A stretch of 64,000 nt of DNA from Eledone cirrhosa (GCA_964016885.1 OZ024741.1:283278001-283342000); one strand, 5' to 3'. Shown: positions 40,031 through 54,191, counted from the stretch's first letter. Notes: generated from the sequence alone by a model not told the origin. Numbers and translations are program-made.

Positions 40031-40089
40031 GCAGGGCCTATTGTATTGTGGGAGGATATTCAGTGTGGAACTCTGAACAGCAAACTTAC

Positions 40090-40498
40090 CTATTGTGGTG
40101 TAAATTGTACCGCAGTACAGCAACGCTCCGTAGAAGTCCCAAACCTCAGAATCTGAAGACATAGAGTATTTGTATGCTTGATATATACGTTCTTCATAGC
40201 GAGGCAATTGTTCCTTGACATACTGCGTCCAGTTGTTGTAGGACTGCGGGTCACCATCATAATTCAATGTGAGGTTCCAGAGTAGATCGCCCAGATAGAG
40301 GCGCTCACGGAGCAGACCTGCACGCCTCTTCCTCTCAGCTGGGCCTTCAACCTCCATAAACACATAGGCACCAACCAGCGAATAAATCATCAGAAGGATG
40401 AGGAGACCGAACCAAGATTTTATGATATTGATTAATGTTCGGACGGCTTTATGTAAGCGCTTCGGACTCTCACGTATACCTTGCTGTAGTTGGTCCAT
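40090..40498 (-). CDS. K2P channel first identifiable coding exon (N-terminus, M1, extracellular cap, P1 helix up to TTIG)
   Basis: MDQLQQ...SWFGLLILLMIYSLVGAYVFMEVEG...WDFYGALLYCGTIYTTIG; donor ATAG|GTAAGT at 40090/40089. ATG at 40498 is the first in-frame ATG after a TAG at 40574-40576, so the start is less certain than the 3' boundary. Confidence 0.88.
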
Positions 40499-40661
40499 AG
40501 TGTTGGTGGCTAGCTGCTGGTTGGGTGATTGGTTGGATGTCAAAGGGTTAAATAATAATAGCTGCTGTTGCTGCTAGATAGATGAATGTTAGTTGATAAT
40601 ACTACTGTTGATGGTTAGATGTTAGTGTTGCTGATGATTGAAGGGCAATGCTGCTTTTGGT

Positions 40662-41035
40662 TTGATGGTAGTACTGCTGATGGTTAGATGACAATGTTGC
40701 AGATGGTTGTGTGACAGTACTATTGGTTTGTTGACAGTATTGCTGCTAATTTGATGGTAGTACTGCTGATGTTAGATGACAATGTTGCAGATGGTTGTGT
40801 GACAGTACTGTTGGTTTGTTGACAGTATTGCTGCTAATTTGATGGTAGTACTGCTGATGTTAGATGACAATGTTGCAGATGGTTGTGTGACAGTACTGTT
40901 GGTTTGTTGACAGTATTGCTGCTAATTTGATGGTAGTACTGCTGATGTTAGATGACAATGTTGCAGATGGTTGTGTGACAGTACTGTTGGTTTGTTGACA
41001 GTATTGCTGCTAATTTGATGGTAGTACTGTTGATG
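40662..41035. repeat. 88-bp tandem minisatellite, ~4.2 near-identical copies
   Basis: Unit starts at 40662, 40751, 40839, 40927 and 41015. Confidence 0.92.
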
Positions 41036-42790
41036 ATTACTATCTTAATGGTTAAGATGTGATGGTTAGTTCTGGCTGGAAGAAGATGAGACCTTAAAGG
41101 AGTTGCTGGTAGATGGATGGCTAATGGTTTGATAGATAAGCAGTAACCAGCAGATAGATGGATGGATGGTTGATGCTGGTTGAATGACTGTTTCAGTCTG
41201 ACTAGAATTTCACCACTGGTTGGCTGGTTACTGCTGGTTACTGCTGGTTATGGATGGCTGATTGTGGGTTAGATCAACCACAACTTAGTAACTGGCTATC
41301 AATTATGGTTATGCCTGGTCAAATGGTTGCTTATGACCAGTTTGATGATTGTTACCACTTGATAAATGGCTGATAGTGGTTAGATGGCTTACAAAGTTCC
41401 TTTTAGAGATGGATGGTTTAAAACTGGTTGGATGGTTGTTACTGGTTGAGTGGTTAAAATAGGTTGAATATTTAGTGAAAGCTGGAATGATATTTATAGC
41501 TGTTGATTGTTTGATGGTTAGATGATTCAATGGTGAGATGGTTGAATAGTTAGATGATGAGATGTTTAGATGGTTTGATGGTAAGATAGTGAGATGGTTA
41601 GATGGTAAAATGGCGAGATGGTTAGATGGTAAGATAGTGAAATGGTGAGATGGTGAAATGGTTAGATGGTGAATTAGCAAGATGGTAAGATGGTTAGATG
41701 GTAAAATGTTTAGATGGTTAGATGGTGAGATGATTAAATATTAAGTTAGTTTGACTTTTGTGTGAGAGAAATTTACAGGTAGTTAGAGATTGGCTAAGTG
41801 CTGCTTGGTGACATATTTATCACTGGATGGCTGTCACTGATTGGCTGTCACATGATGGTTGCTACTGATTGGCTGTCACTGATTAGTTGCTATTGGTTGG
41901 TGACCACAACTAGTTGCCACCAAGTGATGGTTGCTTCTGTAGATTTACTGTTCATTTGGTTTACGAGGCAGAGGTAAACAAGGTTGTTAACAGATCAATT
42001 GTTATTGTTTTCTGTCATCAGTAGAGGTTCTGCAAGTGATTGATTAGTTGGTTGGTCAGTTGATTCTTTGATCAGTTAGTTACTGTTATCTGCAATACTG
42101 AAGAGTCAATTCAGATAGGATTTCTTGGAATGAGTCAATACTTCCCAGCCACTACAAAAATGTTGGAAATGTATATAACAAAATCGTTTAGCAATTAATG
42201 CATACAGCTACATACACAAACACATACCAAAAGAATACATTCACACACTCATATATGCAGGGCCAGCACTATCATTAAAGCCAACATTACTGAACCTTAA
42301 AAGATCAAAGTTTTATATAAGTTTGTATAATTAAATAATTTCCTACAATCAATAAACAAATAACTAAACATCTTTCCCAAATAAGAGTATTGTGGAAATA
42401 TCCAAAGCAATGGAGAAAGTTGTAAGGTGTTATGACCTGTAACATGATTTGGGATAGGTAAGTGTGGACTGTGTAGTGGAAAATACAGATTTAGTAATTT
42501 TCTTAGTGTAGTCAGAGCAAGAAGTGTCGAAAACTAGGCTTGTCAGCTTATCAAACTAAACTAAAATTATTTTATTTGGCAGAATGGGGCACATAACTCG
42601 GAGCATGGAACACAGTATAGGGCTAGCCTACAGTGAAAAATACCCAAGTGTCAGCTCTGCAAATATGCATGCTGGAGGGATGTACTCATTGCATGTATGC
42701 AGATGTATCTGGACTTATATATGCACACACATCTACTCACACCTGCATACATACATATACATACATAAATACATACATATATACATTACA

Positions 42791-42905
42791 TCACCCTACA
42801 ATGGATCTTTTCGTGTGCTTTTGCACACACCAAAACACTTTACAGTGGCTGTCAATGGTCGAAAAGAGGTAATATCCGTTGACAGAGCAAAGAAGGCTTT
42901 CTCTG
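42791..42905 (+). mobile_element. Ty3/Gypsy integrase C-terminal fragment
   Basis: PYNGSFRVLLHTPKHFTVAVNGRKEVISVDRAKKAF matches the PYxGP(F/Y)xV...VSxDRLKP integrase C-terminal pattern. Confidence 0.65.
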
Positions 42906-43130
42906 AAAGTCTCACATCATTGCCCGACATACCTCGCACATACACTCCTACACAAACACCTTCACCGCAAAATACGCATCAAGCTGGACGAACCACAATT
43001 TGGCATCGCCAGAATACGCTGGTAACGATGTGTTGCTCATGATGAAATTTGGTCGAGAGAGATGATTTTCTTTTTCAAAACGTCGGTAGAAATTATATGT
43101 TCAAACGTCGGTAGAAATTATATGTTCAAA

Positions 43131-43444
43131 CGGGGTCATCACTTTAGTGAATTGGTCACAGAGTTATTTACTTTGGTAAACACCACTGCAGGCCAACCAC
43201 TAATTAAATTCGATACAGATATAATAAGGTTAACAAACTCGCTTGTGAGTGAACTGTCCGAGAGCCGGTCGCCAAATAAGCTAAGATGTCTCTTTTCTCC
43301 CTCCTTTATAATCCCTAGACCGGAAGTTCAAGGAATCTTCTAGAATTCAACGGGAAGTAACTCCAATTAGTTTTTTTTCCAATTAGGTGGCGCTAGTCGC
43401 TACAGATGCAACATGCAAAATCAAGGTGTAGAGACACTCAAACA
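43131..43444 (-). mobile_element. Possible LTR remnant with PBS-like TGATGACCCCG
   Basis: Minus strand begins TGTT, contains TATAAA and is followed by a PBS-like sequence; lies next to the integrase scrap. Confidence 0.3.
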
Positions 43445-44089
43445 TGTTATTTCCATGAGTATGATGTCTGTTATGGTTTAATAGCGCAGTCTTTAACAGA
43501 CTTACATGTCTGTACCCCTCAGTTCTTTTTCCAGCTACTGCAGGAACAAAATGATGACATGGTCATCTAGAAAACACACATGGTGTTAATGAGGCTATTT
43601 GGTTGCAAACAAACTGAATATTGATAATTTTATAATAATAATATTATTATTCACTCACAAATATATATATATATATATTAGCCCGCACTGTAAAGTGGTC
43701 ATGATGGTGACACGGCAAAAAGCACCCAGCCCACAATGTAAAGTGGTCATGACAAAAAGCACCTAGCACACACTGTAAATGTGGTTGACATTAGGAAGGG
43801 CATCCGGCTGTAGAAACCAACCCAAAACCAGTTCCGTTTGAAAAAGACATGATCACCAAACCCAACTAGCCTCAAATGGGACAACTCATCTAATTCATGC
43901 TAGCATGGATATGTAATTATATATGTATGCATGCATGCATGTTTGTTCTGATTTATTATTTTATAAATTTTCACATATAAAGAGCAGGTTTCTAACATAG
44001 AAACAAAACTATTTCGTTGGAATTTAGATAACATCAACTAAGTAGATATGTAAGTATTTGTGCATGTGTGTGTGTGTGATTATTAATAT

Positions 44090-44275
44090 TAACCAGAATC
44101 TTGCTCTTTTCTCAGCTGATCTCCATTACATATGCTCCAGATACTTTTTCCAATCTGGTAGTGAGCTCCTGGAGTTTTGCTTCAATGCTTCCAAGCAGGT
44201 CAATGTTATCTTATATATATATATATATATTGGCGCTGCAGTTGGGATTTTACAGAATATCTTCCTCTCTCTTTA
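44090..44275 (-). mobile_element. RT fragment of a BovB-like RTE
   Basis: Minus translation DNIDLLGSIEAKLQELTTRLEKVSGAYVMEIS*EKSKILV resembles the region after the RT DD motif. Confidence 0.5.
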
Positions 44276-44310
44276 TATATATAATATATATGTATGTATA
44301 TATATATCTA

Positions 44311-44502
44311 TGAGGGTTAGCTGAAAAGTTCACATGCTGACTATGAAGGAGTGATGCTGTGAAATCTTGCATGCATTAATTTCAACTCTTCTTATTAATA
44401 ACCCCATTGTTTTTTTCCAGGGACTATGTTGAAAAATAAACCTTATTTGGTCATTCCATGAGAGTATCTTTGTTAGCCTATGAACTTTTTAGCTGAGTCG
44501 CA
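44311..44502. mobile_element. mariner-like MITE
   Basis: TA|tgagggttagctgaaaagttca...tgaactttttagctgagtcgca|TA imperfect TIRs. Confidence 0.6.
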
Positions 44503-47437
44503 TATATGTATATATTAAAAACAGAATTAGAAGCTTTCACCATATATTGGCTACAGAAAATAGTCCAGTATTAGGGGATATGAACCCGCAAAAGAGAAAA
44601 GGCTAGCCATTCACATGCTGTTATGGAGGTTCCTATGCCCTAGTATTGGACTATTTTGTATAGTCAATTTACAGTGAAAGCTTCTAATTCTGAAATCAAA
44701 ATTTTCAATCATCATAGTTTTTTTGATTCACACAAGTGAACTATGCGTACGATGTACAATTATCAACACCGAGCATATGATTCTAATACTTCATTACGGA
44801 TGCTGTTCTATTGTTCCTTTCATCTATCTCTGAGTTTGCCTCTGTCTGCCCATGTCTAGGTAACAAATTGGCAGAGTCATTAGAATGTCAGATAGAATGC
44901 TTTGCTGTATTCGTTTTGGCTCTCAACTCTTCGAGGTCAAATCCCACCGAGGTCAGCTTTGTCTTTCATCCATTCGGGGCCGATAAAAATAGTACCAGTT
45001 TAGTACCAGGGTCGTTTCTTCCTCTACATATCTTTCTTACTTCCATTCTTTCACTCTCTATATACTTCTCGGGCGTGTTCAGGCCTGGAGAGAGATGGGT
45101 TCTACCAGGTTTTAAATTGCCCTAGGAGTTACTGGTCCATGCATGCATGCCCATATCTATCTACCACCTTCTGTCTACCCACAACTTCCCTATCCCTGAC
45201 ACCTAGATCTATCCACTTAGCCAAACATTACTCTCATAGTGTTGTGATGAAGTCATAGCATCTTATAGTATGATGTAGTTCAGTGAAGCAAGACATTGGT
45301 TGTTGTGACTTGTCATGAAAGGGTCTAATGTGTCACAACATAGTGATACCTATCAAAGTGAGGTGAAGCATGACGCCATTTCAACAAAGTGACTCAGAAA
45401 GACTGGGACACATGCAATGAGGTGTAATGTTTTGTGTGCGCGTGTGTGTGTGTGGCAGTGCATGATGAGACAAAACATGATGTAGAGTGGCAGGTGGATA
45501 GGATATGGTTTAGCCATTTATCCAACTATTAATTCATATGTGTGTGTGTGTAGATGGATGGCTGGGTAATAAGGTAGATAAAGATAAACACAAGAAAAAG
45601 TGAGACTATACATACATATATACACACACACAATACAGATATACAAACACACAGAAATGCATACACACACACAACACACAAACATATATATACACACACA
45701 AACACATCCATATATATATATAACATTAGTATATTTATTGCTATGATTTGGACTCTTTCAATGTCAGTAATAACATTTCTCCATTTATTTATTAAATTTA
45801 AAGAAATGTTCAGTTGAAAAGAAGCGGGTCATGTCAAGTTGTACTTAACTGTATGGTTTGGCATTACAAACAATTTTAATTTGGCTCGGCAGCCAGCCAA
45901 CTGGGAAGTGGACGAAGGACAAAGTCAGAGTGAAGGCAGAGACATGTAGTTAAGAAGTTTACTTAGCAATCAGAGTTCTGTATTCAATAACACTGTGTAT
46001 CACGTTAGTTAACTCTTTAGCATTTAAACTGGCCATATCTGGTCAGAACTCTCTCACCTTATTGTTAAAACTGGCTGTAACTGGCCACTCATACTGATGT
46101 TAAGGTATTGTTCTCAAAATAAATAATATCATAGATTCAATATTATGTGAGATAATTATGTAAGATAAAGCTTTTGCCACAAAAATACAATAGTAAATAT
46201 AGAGTAATGTAAATGCTAAAGGGTTAACTCCCTCTTCTCCTGTCCTCTCTCTATCTCTCTCTCTAATAGCCTACCAATCGTTCAACAAATGTCTTTATAT
46301 CACAGTCATGCAAAAAGCAGTGGGAAAGTTTCCAACACTGCTACTAAAGACATAGGCAAATATTAGTCTACCATTTCCTTTCAAACCTTAGGCAAGTGTT
46401 ATTCCACCATTGCCTTCCAAGCCTCAAGCTAGTGTTGTTCTACCATATCTTTTTAAAGCTAAGGTAAATGTTGATCTACCAGACCTACCCAAGCACGGGG
46501 AAATATCATTTGAATATTGTTACCTAAGCAAATGTTTATGAAATAAAGTGTTTTCCTCAAGGTCACAACGCATCACTCAGTCAAAGAATCAAACTCATAA
46601 CCTCCAGATTGAAAGTCCAATGCTCTAACCATTAAGCCATATATGTATGTATGTGTGTGTATGTGTATGTGTATGTATATGTGCATGTATGTGTATATGT
46701 GTATGCATGTGTGCATGTAAATGTGTGCATGTATGTATGCATGTAATAAAGAGATTCTATTTCAGCAACAATACATCAATATGTCAACCAACAGAAATCA
46801 CTGCAGATAATGTGAACTTTGACCCCTCTCATTACTGATCTCTTGACCTTCCTGAACTTAGGTGATCCAGTATGTGTAGGAAATATAGATTATGCTATAG
46901 ATTCTATTGACCACTACAATGAGGCCTATGCAAATAAAACAAAAACATACATACATACATGATGGCTGCAAACTCTGCTAAGAGTATTGCAATCACTTGT
47001 CAGATTACAGAAAATGGTGCACTTTTAGACTACAGCCAGCCACACGAACCTGTAACAGATCCTGAACAAACAATGCCTGTGCTTAGAAGGATTTTTAAAT
47101 GAGGAAAGGCCTTGCACTCAACCAATCTCCTCTCTGAGCATCGAAAACACTACCCGAAAAGGAGAACTGGTCAACATCATCGGATGCTTCCAAAGCTGCA
47201 GGTTTTTTTTCAGAGTTTCCCTCTCTTAGAAAGGTGTTGTGACAACAACTAGAGGCCTTTCACTCCCAGGTGGAAAAAAAAAAGTACTATTTGGATGGCT
47301 GTTGACTCTGCTGAGTTCCTCCGCCCTTTGCCGGGTCTTGTATTTCATCCCGCAGGGTGTCCAAATATCACCCTCCTCACCAAGCAAGCTTGGTGGGGTT
47401 GCCGGTTTAGTCATCAACATACATACCTACCTACCTA

Positions 47438-48110
47438 CCTTATATGCCGGCGTACAAGTCGACATTTGGTGTCTAAAAGTATCTCTCCAAAACTAGGGAT
47501 CGACTTGTCCACCGAATATAAAATGTGAACCTTTACCACTGAGAGGTAAACAATGAATCTACCAGCCTAACACTCATTGTACACCACTTACCATAACTAG
47601 CAGCCAACCACAATTATTTCTACTGAATCTCATATTATGACTTGCCGTAGCTCATAGGGTAGGTTACTATAGGTTCGTTAAGGTTAGGCTAAGCTGGTTT
47701 ACTCCGAGTTAGAACTCACTTGCGATTGAAGTGTTTTAGAAGAGTCTTAGAATTGTCTAAGCTATCGGAAAACTATGGTAATTTCACCACAAAACAAAAC
47801 TGGCCAAAAGTAAAAATGTATCACTATGTGAACCTGCTTTGTTGCTGTGCTTTAACATTCGCTGTACACTACTTTTTCTTCACGTGCATTTTCATTTTAC
47901 AACTATTTAATGTTTGTTTCTATGTTTTATATTTTGTGCAAATAAAGAATTACAAGCACATCTTGGGCTGGGAATACGGTACTGCGTTATTATTTTTTTT
48001 TGGGGGGGGGGGCGTCTTATCCGGCGAACATAGGCCTAAACCTGAATTACAGCTCAAAATTTTAGAGGTCAACCTATGCGCCAAATCAACTTGTATGCCA
48101 GCATATGCAG
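47438..48110. mobile_element. Tc2/pogo-like non-autonomous DNA transposon
   Basis: Imperfect 25-bp TIRs ccttatatgccggcgtacaagtcga / tcaacttgtatgccagcatatgcag, with TA on both sides. Confidence 0.6.
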
Positions 48111-48458
48111 TATGTAAAAGTAAATGCGATATCGTTTTGGGTTTCCTTAGTTCAGGGTTAGAATATCCTATAATGAGGAGTGTTTCAGTGTACAGTGGTA
48201 GTTGACTCAACAAGATGTTTACTATGGTAGATTGATAGTTCCGTGGTCAGTAATCCAAGGAATAGTTACAAAAGGTAAAAAGAGGATTAACACAGATAAG
48301 TGATACAGTAGGGTTTATTAAAACCATTTACATATGTTTCCTCACCCAAGTGTTAATTGATTTTTGTCTTGAAATCGCTATTCTGAATAAACAATTGTGA
48401 AAACTCAATTTTAAATACAGAAAATAATTACAATGCAACCAGCAAATATATATATATA

Positions 48459-48799
48459 TAGTGGAACCTGAGTTCATGAATGCTGTATATCACGAACAAA
48501 TCGGTTCATGAACGATTTTTCCAAACATAAAATGTCTCAGATCATGAACAGCGTCTCAAGTAACAAATGCGCAAGGCAGCAACAACAGTTGTTGACAAGC
48601 TGGGAGCTTCCCTGGTAAACGTCACTTGCTGTGTAGTTAGTTACTATGGTGATATCTATCTGTCTTTCCCTCACGATCTCTCTCTCACTGTATTTCTCTA
48701 TCAACATTTCGTATGGGAAAAATAGTTTCGGTTTTTTAATATTTTGGGTGACGAACAGCCTTCAGGAACGAATTAAGTTCATGAACAGAGTTTTCACTG
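48459..48799. mobile_element. Tigger/pogo-like MITE, copy 1
   Basis: TIR (c)agtggaacctgagttcatgaa / ttcatgaacagagttttcactg; internal match to 55218-55541. Confidence 0.72.
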
Positions 48800-48804
48800 T
48801 GTAT

Positions 48805-49215
48805 CATCATCATCACCGTTTTACGCCCATTCTTCCACGCTAGCATGGATTAGATGGGTTGTCCTGTTGTGGGCAATGCCAGGTCAGGCGACCATGCCGT
48901 GCTCATAGAGAACTGATTTTGGCTTGATTTCTACAGCTGGATGCCCTTCCTAATACCAACCTCATTTTCAGCAAGAGCTGGGTGATTTTTTACCGTGGCA
49001 CCTACACGACCACTTTACAGTGTGAACTGGGTGCTTTTTGTTGTGACACCTACACGACCACTTTACAGTGGGAGGGGGTGGGGACATACTGCCTATATGC
49101 TTCAGCTTCGGCTTGTACCTGTGAGAAGTCGGGTCTTCTGGATTACTGCGTAACGCCAGAGGTCTCGTTCCTGAGTCATCGCCTCTGAGAGGTGGAATTG
49201 GGCAAATTCAGCTTT
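48805..49215 (-). mobile_element. RTE LINE 3' UTR fragment
   Basis: Matches 56268-56680, including the ~45-bp ccactttacagtg repeats. Confidence 0.75.
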
Positions 49216-49551
49216 TATATATATATATATATATATGTATGCCGGGCACATGAGGGGCACATGAGGGGCAAGTGATATGCTGGCAGCATATCAATGGATT
49301 GGATTTCGTCTGAGGATACCATTCTCATAGCAGCAGCGGGTACATGAAGGACTTCTTGATTGCATGGCGAACCGTGGAAATAATTATAATTGTTTCTACT
49401 TTTGGCACAAGGCCAGCAATTATCCCAGTGTATTACTGGTACTTTATTTTATCGACCCCTTAAGGATGAAAGGCAAAGTTGACCGTGGAAATAATTATAA
49501 TGATTAAACGATTTTGTAACATCAGCATTTTATTTTGTTATTTTTATATAT

Positions 49552-52260
49552 ATCATCATCATCAGTTAACGTCTGCTTTTCCCTGCTTGCAAGGGTCCTA
49601 TTCAGCACAGCATCTCTCCACTTGTCATGGTCCTTCGTCATCTCCTCCATGAGCTTCAGCAATCTGAGGTCTGCTCTCACCATCTCCGCCCATGTTTTTC
49701 GTGGTCTACCTCTACTGCATCTTCCTTCTACTGGGATTTCTTGGCACTTCTTTACCCAGCGGTCATCCTCCATGCGCATCACATGTCCATACCATCTCAG
49801 CCTTCTCTCCTACACACCACAACTTATCCCTCTTATACCAAGTTTCTTTCTTAACTCGTCTATGCTTGGTCATTTGCGCGCATTGGCATTGCACATCCAA
49901 CGGAGCATACTTGCTTCATTTCTCTCCAGCCGTCGCATATCTTCTGCAGTTGCTGCCCATGTCTCACTACCATGCAGCATCACACTCCTCACACAGGCAT
50001 CATATAACTGTCCTTTCGTACGCAGGGAGAAATCCTTTTGTCAACAGCTCCCTAAACTTCTTCCAACCCGTCCTTATTCTAGATACTATGGCCTCAGATC
50101 ACCCCATTCCCATGCTAATCTGATCACCTAGGTACCGGAAGCTATCAACCACCTCTATAGAACCCACCTGCATTGGAAAAATGTGTCTATCACTGCGATT
50201 ACTACTGCCAACTTTCCCTGTACATCTACTGCATACATAGTTTTCCCTTCCTGTTAGTTTGCCTGCTATCCCACTACATCTCTTGTGTACCCAAGATCTG
50301 CATTGCGTACATATTATGGAATTTATGCCAGTTCCTTTCCTACACATATCGAACATGGCCTGTTCCCCGATGGAATTAGAGTATTGTCCTCTCTTCTACT
50401 TATCAACACTTTTGTTTTAGCTATGTTCATTCTCAGGCCTCTTGATTCCAACTGCTGTTTCCATATCCAGAATTTATTCTCTAGCTCCTCTACTGATTCT
50501 GCTATAAGAACCAGATCATTAGCATAGAGAAGTTCCCATGGGCAGCCAGTCTTAAACACCTCTGTTATGGCTTGGAGGACAATAATGAACAAGAGCAGGC
50601 TGAGGACCGAACCCTGATGTACACCTACTTGTATCTGGAATTCCTCACTTGTATCTGGAATTCCTCCATTCCTATTCTCACTTTACTGACAGCACCCCTG
50701 TACATAGCTTGCACTGTCCTCACAAGCCATTCCTCTACACCTAGTTTCCTTAGGGACCACCAGATGACAGATCGGAGTACCCTATCAAAGGCCTTATCTA
50801 GGTCAACAAAAGCTAAGTATAGTGGCTTATTCTTCTCTAAGAACCTCTCTTGTAGTTGTCTCACTAAGAAGAGAGCATCTGTTGTACTTTTCCCAGGTAC
50901 AAAACCAAACTGCATCTCATCTAATTTGACCCTTTCTCTAATTAGTTGCGCTAATATTCTCTCTGCCACTTTTATAACCTGATCCATCAGCTTTATGCCC
51001 CTATAATTGTTCCTCTCTAGAGCATCTGCTTTACCTTTGTAGCAATTTATGAGAATACTGCTGCACCAGTCTTTGGGTATGACACCACCATATATAGCTT
51101 GATTAATGATGCGTGCAACTAGTTTAGTGCCTACTTCTCCTGATGCCTTCAGCATCTCAGCAACTATCCCCGACTGTCCAGCAGCCTTACCATTCTTTAT
51201 TTCCTTAATTGCCTCTTGTACCCTATATTCGTCAATCTCAATAGCTGGTCCCTCTGTCGGGTCTACTGGGGGTAATTTCTCTCTGTCCTATTCGTTCTCA
51301 ACATTCATCAGTCTCTCATAATGACATTTCCAGGCCTCCTTTTTTTTATCATTCGTGACACTAAGTACACCGGCATCATTCCAGACACACTTATCTCCAA
51401 CAACATCCTGATTTGTACTGACACATTGCCTTGCAATGCGGAACACCGCACGTCTCTGATCTTCCCATCACAGAACATTGGCAAATCTCCTACTCTCAGC
51501 CCCTCTGCGTGTTAAGTACACCTGATGTCTAGCTTCTCTCTTAGTAGCTGTGTATCCTTCTCTACTCCCACCATTTTTCCAAGCCTTCCATGCCAGTCTT
51601 TTGTCTCTAATGGCCCTATCTACCGTGCTGTTCCACTACCAGGTCACTCTCTGTCTGGTTGAAGCTCTGCCCCAACCACAAGTTTTTTCAGTAGCCTGCA
51701 GTAAGTTGTCACGCAAGAAATTCCAGTTATCATCTATGTCATACGATTCTAAATCGTCTTCCTTTTCGTCATACACATCTTGAAGGGCTTTCCTAAATTT
51801 ATATTTTAATGAAAGGTCTTTTAGCTTCCAGACTTTTCTTTTCCACACCTTCCTGTATGTCTCATTCTTTCTCTTGCTTACTGAGATGTCACTAACGACT
51901 AACCTATGCTGTGAGGTATATTCTTCCCCAGGGTATGCCTTAGTATTTGACACCATCTGTCTGTCTTGCTGTCTGACTAGCAGGAAGTCAATCTGGCTTA
52001 TGTGCTTGCCTGATTTAAAGGTTATTAGGTGGTTGGTAGGCTTCTGGAAGTTAGTGTTGCAAATGGTTAGTGCATTTGCATCACAAAATTCAAGAAGCCT
52101 CACTCCTTCATTTCTTGAGTTGTAACCGTGCCTGCCATTTACCCCAGTGTATCCACCCTGGAGCTGTCCAACATGTCCATTAAAGTCCCCCGCTAGCATA
52201 ACGATGTCTCTATCCTCTGTAAAAGTTGCTCGTAAAGCAGTCTTTCTCTTCTTTACCTAG
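49552..52260 (-). mobile_element. RTE LINE copy with partial APE and RT (short-3'UTR subfamily)
   Basis: LAGDFNGHVG, QIDFLL, SQHRLVV, QFGFVPGKSTTDALF, WELLYANDL, PHD-like insert, CAT tail at 49552. Confidence 0.9.
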
Positions 52261-53334
52261 GCCTTTGGACGTTAAATGGTGATGATGATATATATATATA
52301 TATGCATATATTAGATTAGTCAGGGCCTGACAACTGAGCTCTTGCCATTTCAACAGCAAATTCCGGACTGTCTAGGATTTTCTGTTGAAATAGCAAGAGG
52401 TCAGCTGTCGAGCCCAGATTCTCTAATGTATATACACTCTACTATCCCAAGTATCAAGTCCTCTGCTGAATAATGGTCTTATTAGTTTAAAACTGGTAAT
52501 CCTGATCTATCTATGTATCAATTGTTCAGTGCCCAGGGGTAACCGACCTGTGGAATTATGTCGAACAGCTACTGTCACGTGTGGGACGCACCCAGTTGTC
52601 AGCCGAATCCATCGTGAGGATCAACCCGCCACCTTCATTTAAGAATGAAGGAGAGGCTGTTTTCCTCTGTCTGGTGGCTATGGCGAAAGAGGTAATATGG
52701 TGGACGAGGTTAAAAGGACTGAGGGCAAACACCTTTCTCGCTGGGCAACAACTTATCCCCTTCTTTAAGTACCACTTCAGAAGGAAGGTGAAAGTGGAGA
52801 GAGAGAGGTGCTACACCCCAGTAAATTCGCTGAAAGGTGGGTGAATGTGGCGAAAAGGGTCCGAGTGAATGGGCCTTCTCTGTTTATAAACCTGTAGGTT
52901 GAGGAAGATAAACGGATGGAAGACGGGAACACCTACAAAACGTGTTCCTGGTGTTGAAGGTTGTTCTATCCACGGGGTGTAAAACAACCCTGCAGTAACG
53001 TTCCCCCCTATTGGGGATTTCAATTGTTATTTTATTATATATAGTTTATAGTTATTTATTAATGTTAAAGTTATTTTTATGTAAAACCCCCACTGTCACG
53101 TCTTGTAATGTCCCATTTTTGTACGCCCCTGTGGCAAATAAAGAAAGATATCTATATATATATATATATATAGATAGATCAGGATTACCCTTGTGGCAAA
53201 TGAAGAAATATATCTATATCTATCATCATCACTGTTTAACGTCTATTTTTCATGCTAGCATGGGTTAGACGAGTTGTCCTGTTTCAGGCAAGTTGGGTCA
53301 GATGACCATGTCTTGCTCATACAGCACTTATTTT

Positions 53335-53591
53335 ATATATATGCACATATATATATATATACATACATATACATATATATATACATACATATATATATAT
53401 ATACATACATATATATATATATACATACATATATATATATATACATACATATATATATATATACATACATATATATATATATACATACATATATATATAT
53501 ATACATACATACATATATATATACATACATATATATATATATACATACATATATATATACATACATACATATATATATATACATACATATA

Positions 53592-53631
<40 letters not shown>

Positions 53632-53963
53632 CATACATATATATATATATACATACATATATATATATATACATACATATATATATATATACATACATAT
53701 ATATATATATACATACATATATATATATATACATACATATATATATATATATACATACATATATATATATATACATACATATATATATATATACATACAT
53801 ATATATATATATACATACATATATATATATATACATACATATATATATATATACATACATATATATATATATACATACATATATATATATATACATACAT
53901 ATATATATATATACATACATATATATATATATACATACATATATATATATATACATACATATA

Positions 53964-54021
<58 letters not shown>

Positions 54022-54191
54022 CATACATATATATATATATACATACATATATATATATATACATACATATATATATATATATACATACATATATATATAT
54101 ACATACATATATATATATATACATACATATATATATATATACATACATATATATATATATACATACATATATATATATATACATACATATA

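Larger units (their letters stand above)
22707..40498 (-). other. K2P (TWiK/TWK-18/KCNK-like) two-pore-domain potassium channel gene, 3 coding exons, ~487 aa
   Basis: Exons of 409+474+581 nt = 1464 nt (488 codons incl. TAA) join in frame through two phase-1 GT-AG introns (38599-40089, 23288-38124). The protein has the M1-cap-P1(TTIGYG)-M2-long loop-M3-P2(STIGLGD)-M4 architecture. Confidence 0.93.

Noticed and set aside
40662-41035. Regular repeats (also 60920-61340) considered as CRISPR-like or coding repeats
   Set aside because: Head-to-tail units without unique spacers, eukaryotic context, and an 88-bp unit is not a multiple of 3.
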